Shown in pieces: positions 62,862 through 64,000 of a stretch of 64,000 nucleotides of DNA. The stretch comes from Candidatus Latescibacterota bacterium. Lineage in GTDB: Bacteria > Krumholzibacteriota > Krumholzibacteriia > WVZY01. Numbering within the stretch: the stretch's first letter is position 1; each line of letters opens with the position of its first letter. Under the pieces are notes generated by a model. The model saw only the letters and a program-made list of their open reading frames with translations, was not told the origin of the DNA and did not search any database. Position numbers and translations under genes: made by a program. The stretch is from contig CAWBQK010000011.1 in assembly GCA_963791045.1 (NCBI GenBank), forward strand, positions 320,001 to 384,000. Direction: 5' to 3'.

Positions 62862-64000
62862 TCAGGGGTAGTCGGGATTATAGATCGACATGTCGATCCG
62901 CGTTGGAAGCGCCTCATGCAACTGCACGACGCGGACCTCGGGATCCGAGAGGTCGTCTGGGATCGGTTGCCCCGCCCACATGAGGAACGTACGATCATCC
63001 ACGTGTCCCAGGGAAATCGTGTGGCCGAATTCGTGGAGAAATATCTTGTGGACGATTGCATCATTCGTAGCCGAATTGACTATCCAGATCTGATCGGTTA
63101 ACGGATGTCCGTCGTCGTCGCGCGTGTGTCGCGTGATGCCGACGCTCGTTCCTATTTCCGCTTTCGATTTGTATACGATAATTACTCCGGTGTCGGGCGG
63201 TGCGTCGACGAACGTAAAAAGCGATTCGCCCGTGCGGTCCATCCAACGCTCCGCGGCAAGTTTCGCCTGTGCGGCATAATCGATTCCCTGGTCGTTGACA
63301 TAAGCCGGGATATAGCAATCAACGGGGCGTTTACGCCATTTGGCCAGAGTGGTGGAGCCGGTCATGGATCCGTTTTCGATACCGAAGAAGTTGACGAAAT
63401 CATTGAATAGCGAGAGCAGGTTGGGCGACCAATCGGGCGTGACGTTCTCCACGGGGATCATGTAAAAGGTGTGCGCGAGATCCGCGTCGAGTGTGAACGT
63501 CTGGTTTAGCGAGTGGTAAGGGGTTGAGACGGCGCCAGTATTGATTTCGACATGGGTGACACCGCCGTCGAGACCGAGTTCGAGCGTAAATTCCCCATCA
63601 GCATCGGTTTGAAATTGATGGGCGACGCCGATCGATACCGTGACATCAAGACCGGCGATGGGTGTTTTCGAGAACACATCGACACATCGTCCCGAGAACA
63701 CATAACCGGGTATGTAAATGTGTGCAAGCTCGCCCGGCTCCGACCGGTTTCCCGCTTCGTCCACGCTTCGGATTCCCAAATAGAGATCCCTTGCCCTCAA
63801 TGGGACCTCAAATTCGAATTCTTCGCTCGTTCCGGGGAGGGCGGGTTTGGGTGGTTCCGCAACCGGGATCGACAAGTTCCAGAAATCAGGCGGATAGTAA
63901 TCGCGCGTAAACGAATAACGGATTTCATAGGCGGTGGTGGCCTCGGTCGGTGAGTCGTCTGCCGGGGCCGTCCACTCGAGATGCACCTCGCCGGTCTCGC
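62862..64000 (-). CDS. Secreted FN3-like + matrixin-type (metzincin) metalloprotease, 5' end outside window
   Basis: LEWTAP..D...AYEIRYS...DEAGNRS FN3-like domain; HEFGHTISLGH plus a downstream Met-turn (FLM). Confidence 0.75.
   Translation of the reverse strand, partial: ETGEVHLEWTAPADDSPTEATTAYEIRYSFTRDYYPPDFWNLSIPVAEPPKPALPGTSEEFEFEVPLRARDLYLGIRSVDEAGNRSEPGELAHIYIPGYVFSGRCVDVFSKTPIAGLDVTVSIGVAHQFQTDADGEFTLELGLDGGVTHVEINTGAVSTPYHSLNQTFTLDADLAHTFYMIPVENVTPDWSPNLLSLFNDFVNFFGIENGSMTGSTTLAKWRKRPVDCYIPAYVNDQGIDYAAQAKLAAERWMDRTGESLFTFVDAPPDTGVIIVYKSKAEIGTSVGITRHTRDDDGHPLTDQIWIVNSATNDAIVHKIFLHEFGHTISLGHVDDRTFLMWAGQPIPDDLSDPEVRVVQLHEALPTRIDMSIYNPDYP

Overview
Bacterial chromosomal window (GC-rich, diderm; lineage not determinable, possibly an uncultured FCB-group organism). 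It has patches of dense single-base indels that look like long-read consensus errors (about 15.1-18.3 kb, 33.5-35.1 kb, 39.7-43.8 kb). The first 26 kb form a coherent accessory locus. Three PEP-synthase/PPDK-like ATP-grasp proteins lack the pyruvate-binding barrel, and two of them carry an N-terminal GAF-like module and a C-terminal Pol-beta-type nucleotidyltransferase. The same GAF-like module recurs in the local sensor histidine kinase. These genes sit with a metallophosphoesterase, a Pat-type acyl-CoA ligase/GNAT fusion, cydAB, a sigma54 activator with two sigma54 promoters and a candidate enhancer array, a NuoE/NuoF-GltD/NuoG-like flavo-FeS complex, a stand-alone FMN glutamate-synthase-family protein, and a GdhA with altered active-site motifs. 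My best candidate for an undescribed system is this glutamate/redox signalling and protein-modification hub. The rest of the window is housekeeping and envelope genes: ygfZ-like, an ECF sigma/anti-sigma pair with twin divergent promoters, tandem beta-barrel and beta-propeller paralogs, thiL, mtaB, miaB, tdh, kbl, dinB, iaaA, ispG, uvrC, peptidases and ogt. It also holds a probable selenocysteine BCP peroxiredoxin missed by the ORF track, a two-copy structured intergenic repeat and a candidate CCUCC-rich small RNA. All calls come from motif reading; no database searches were run.
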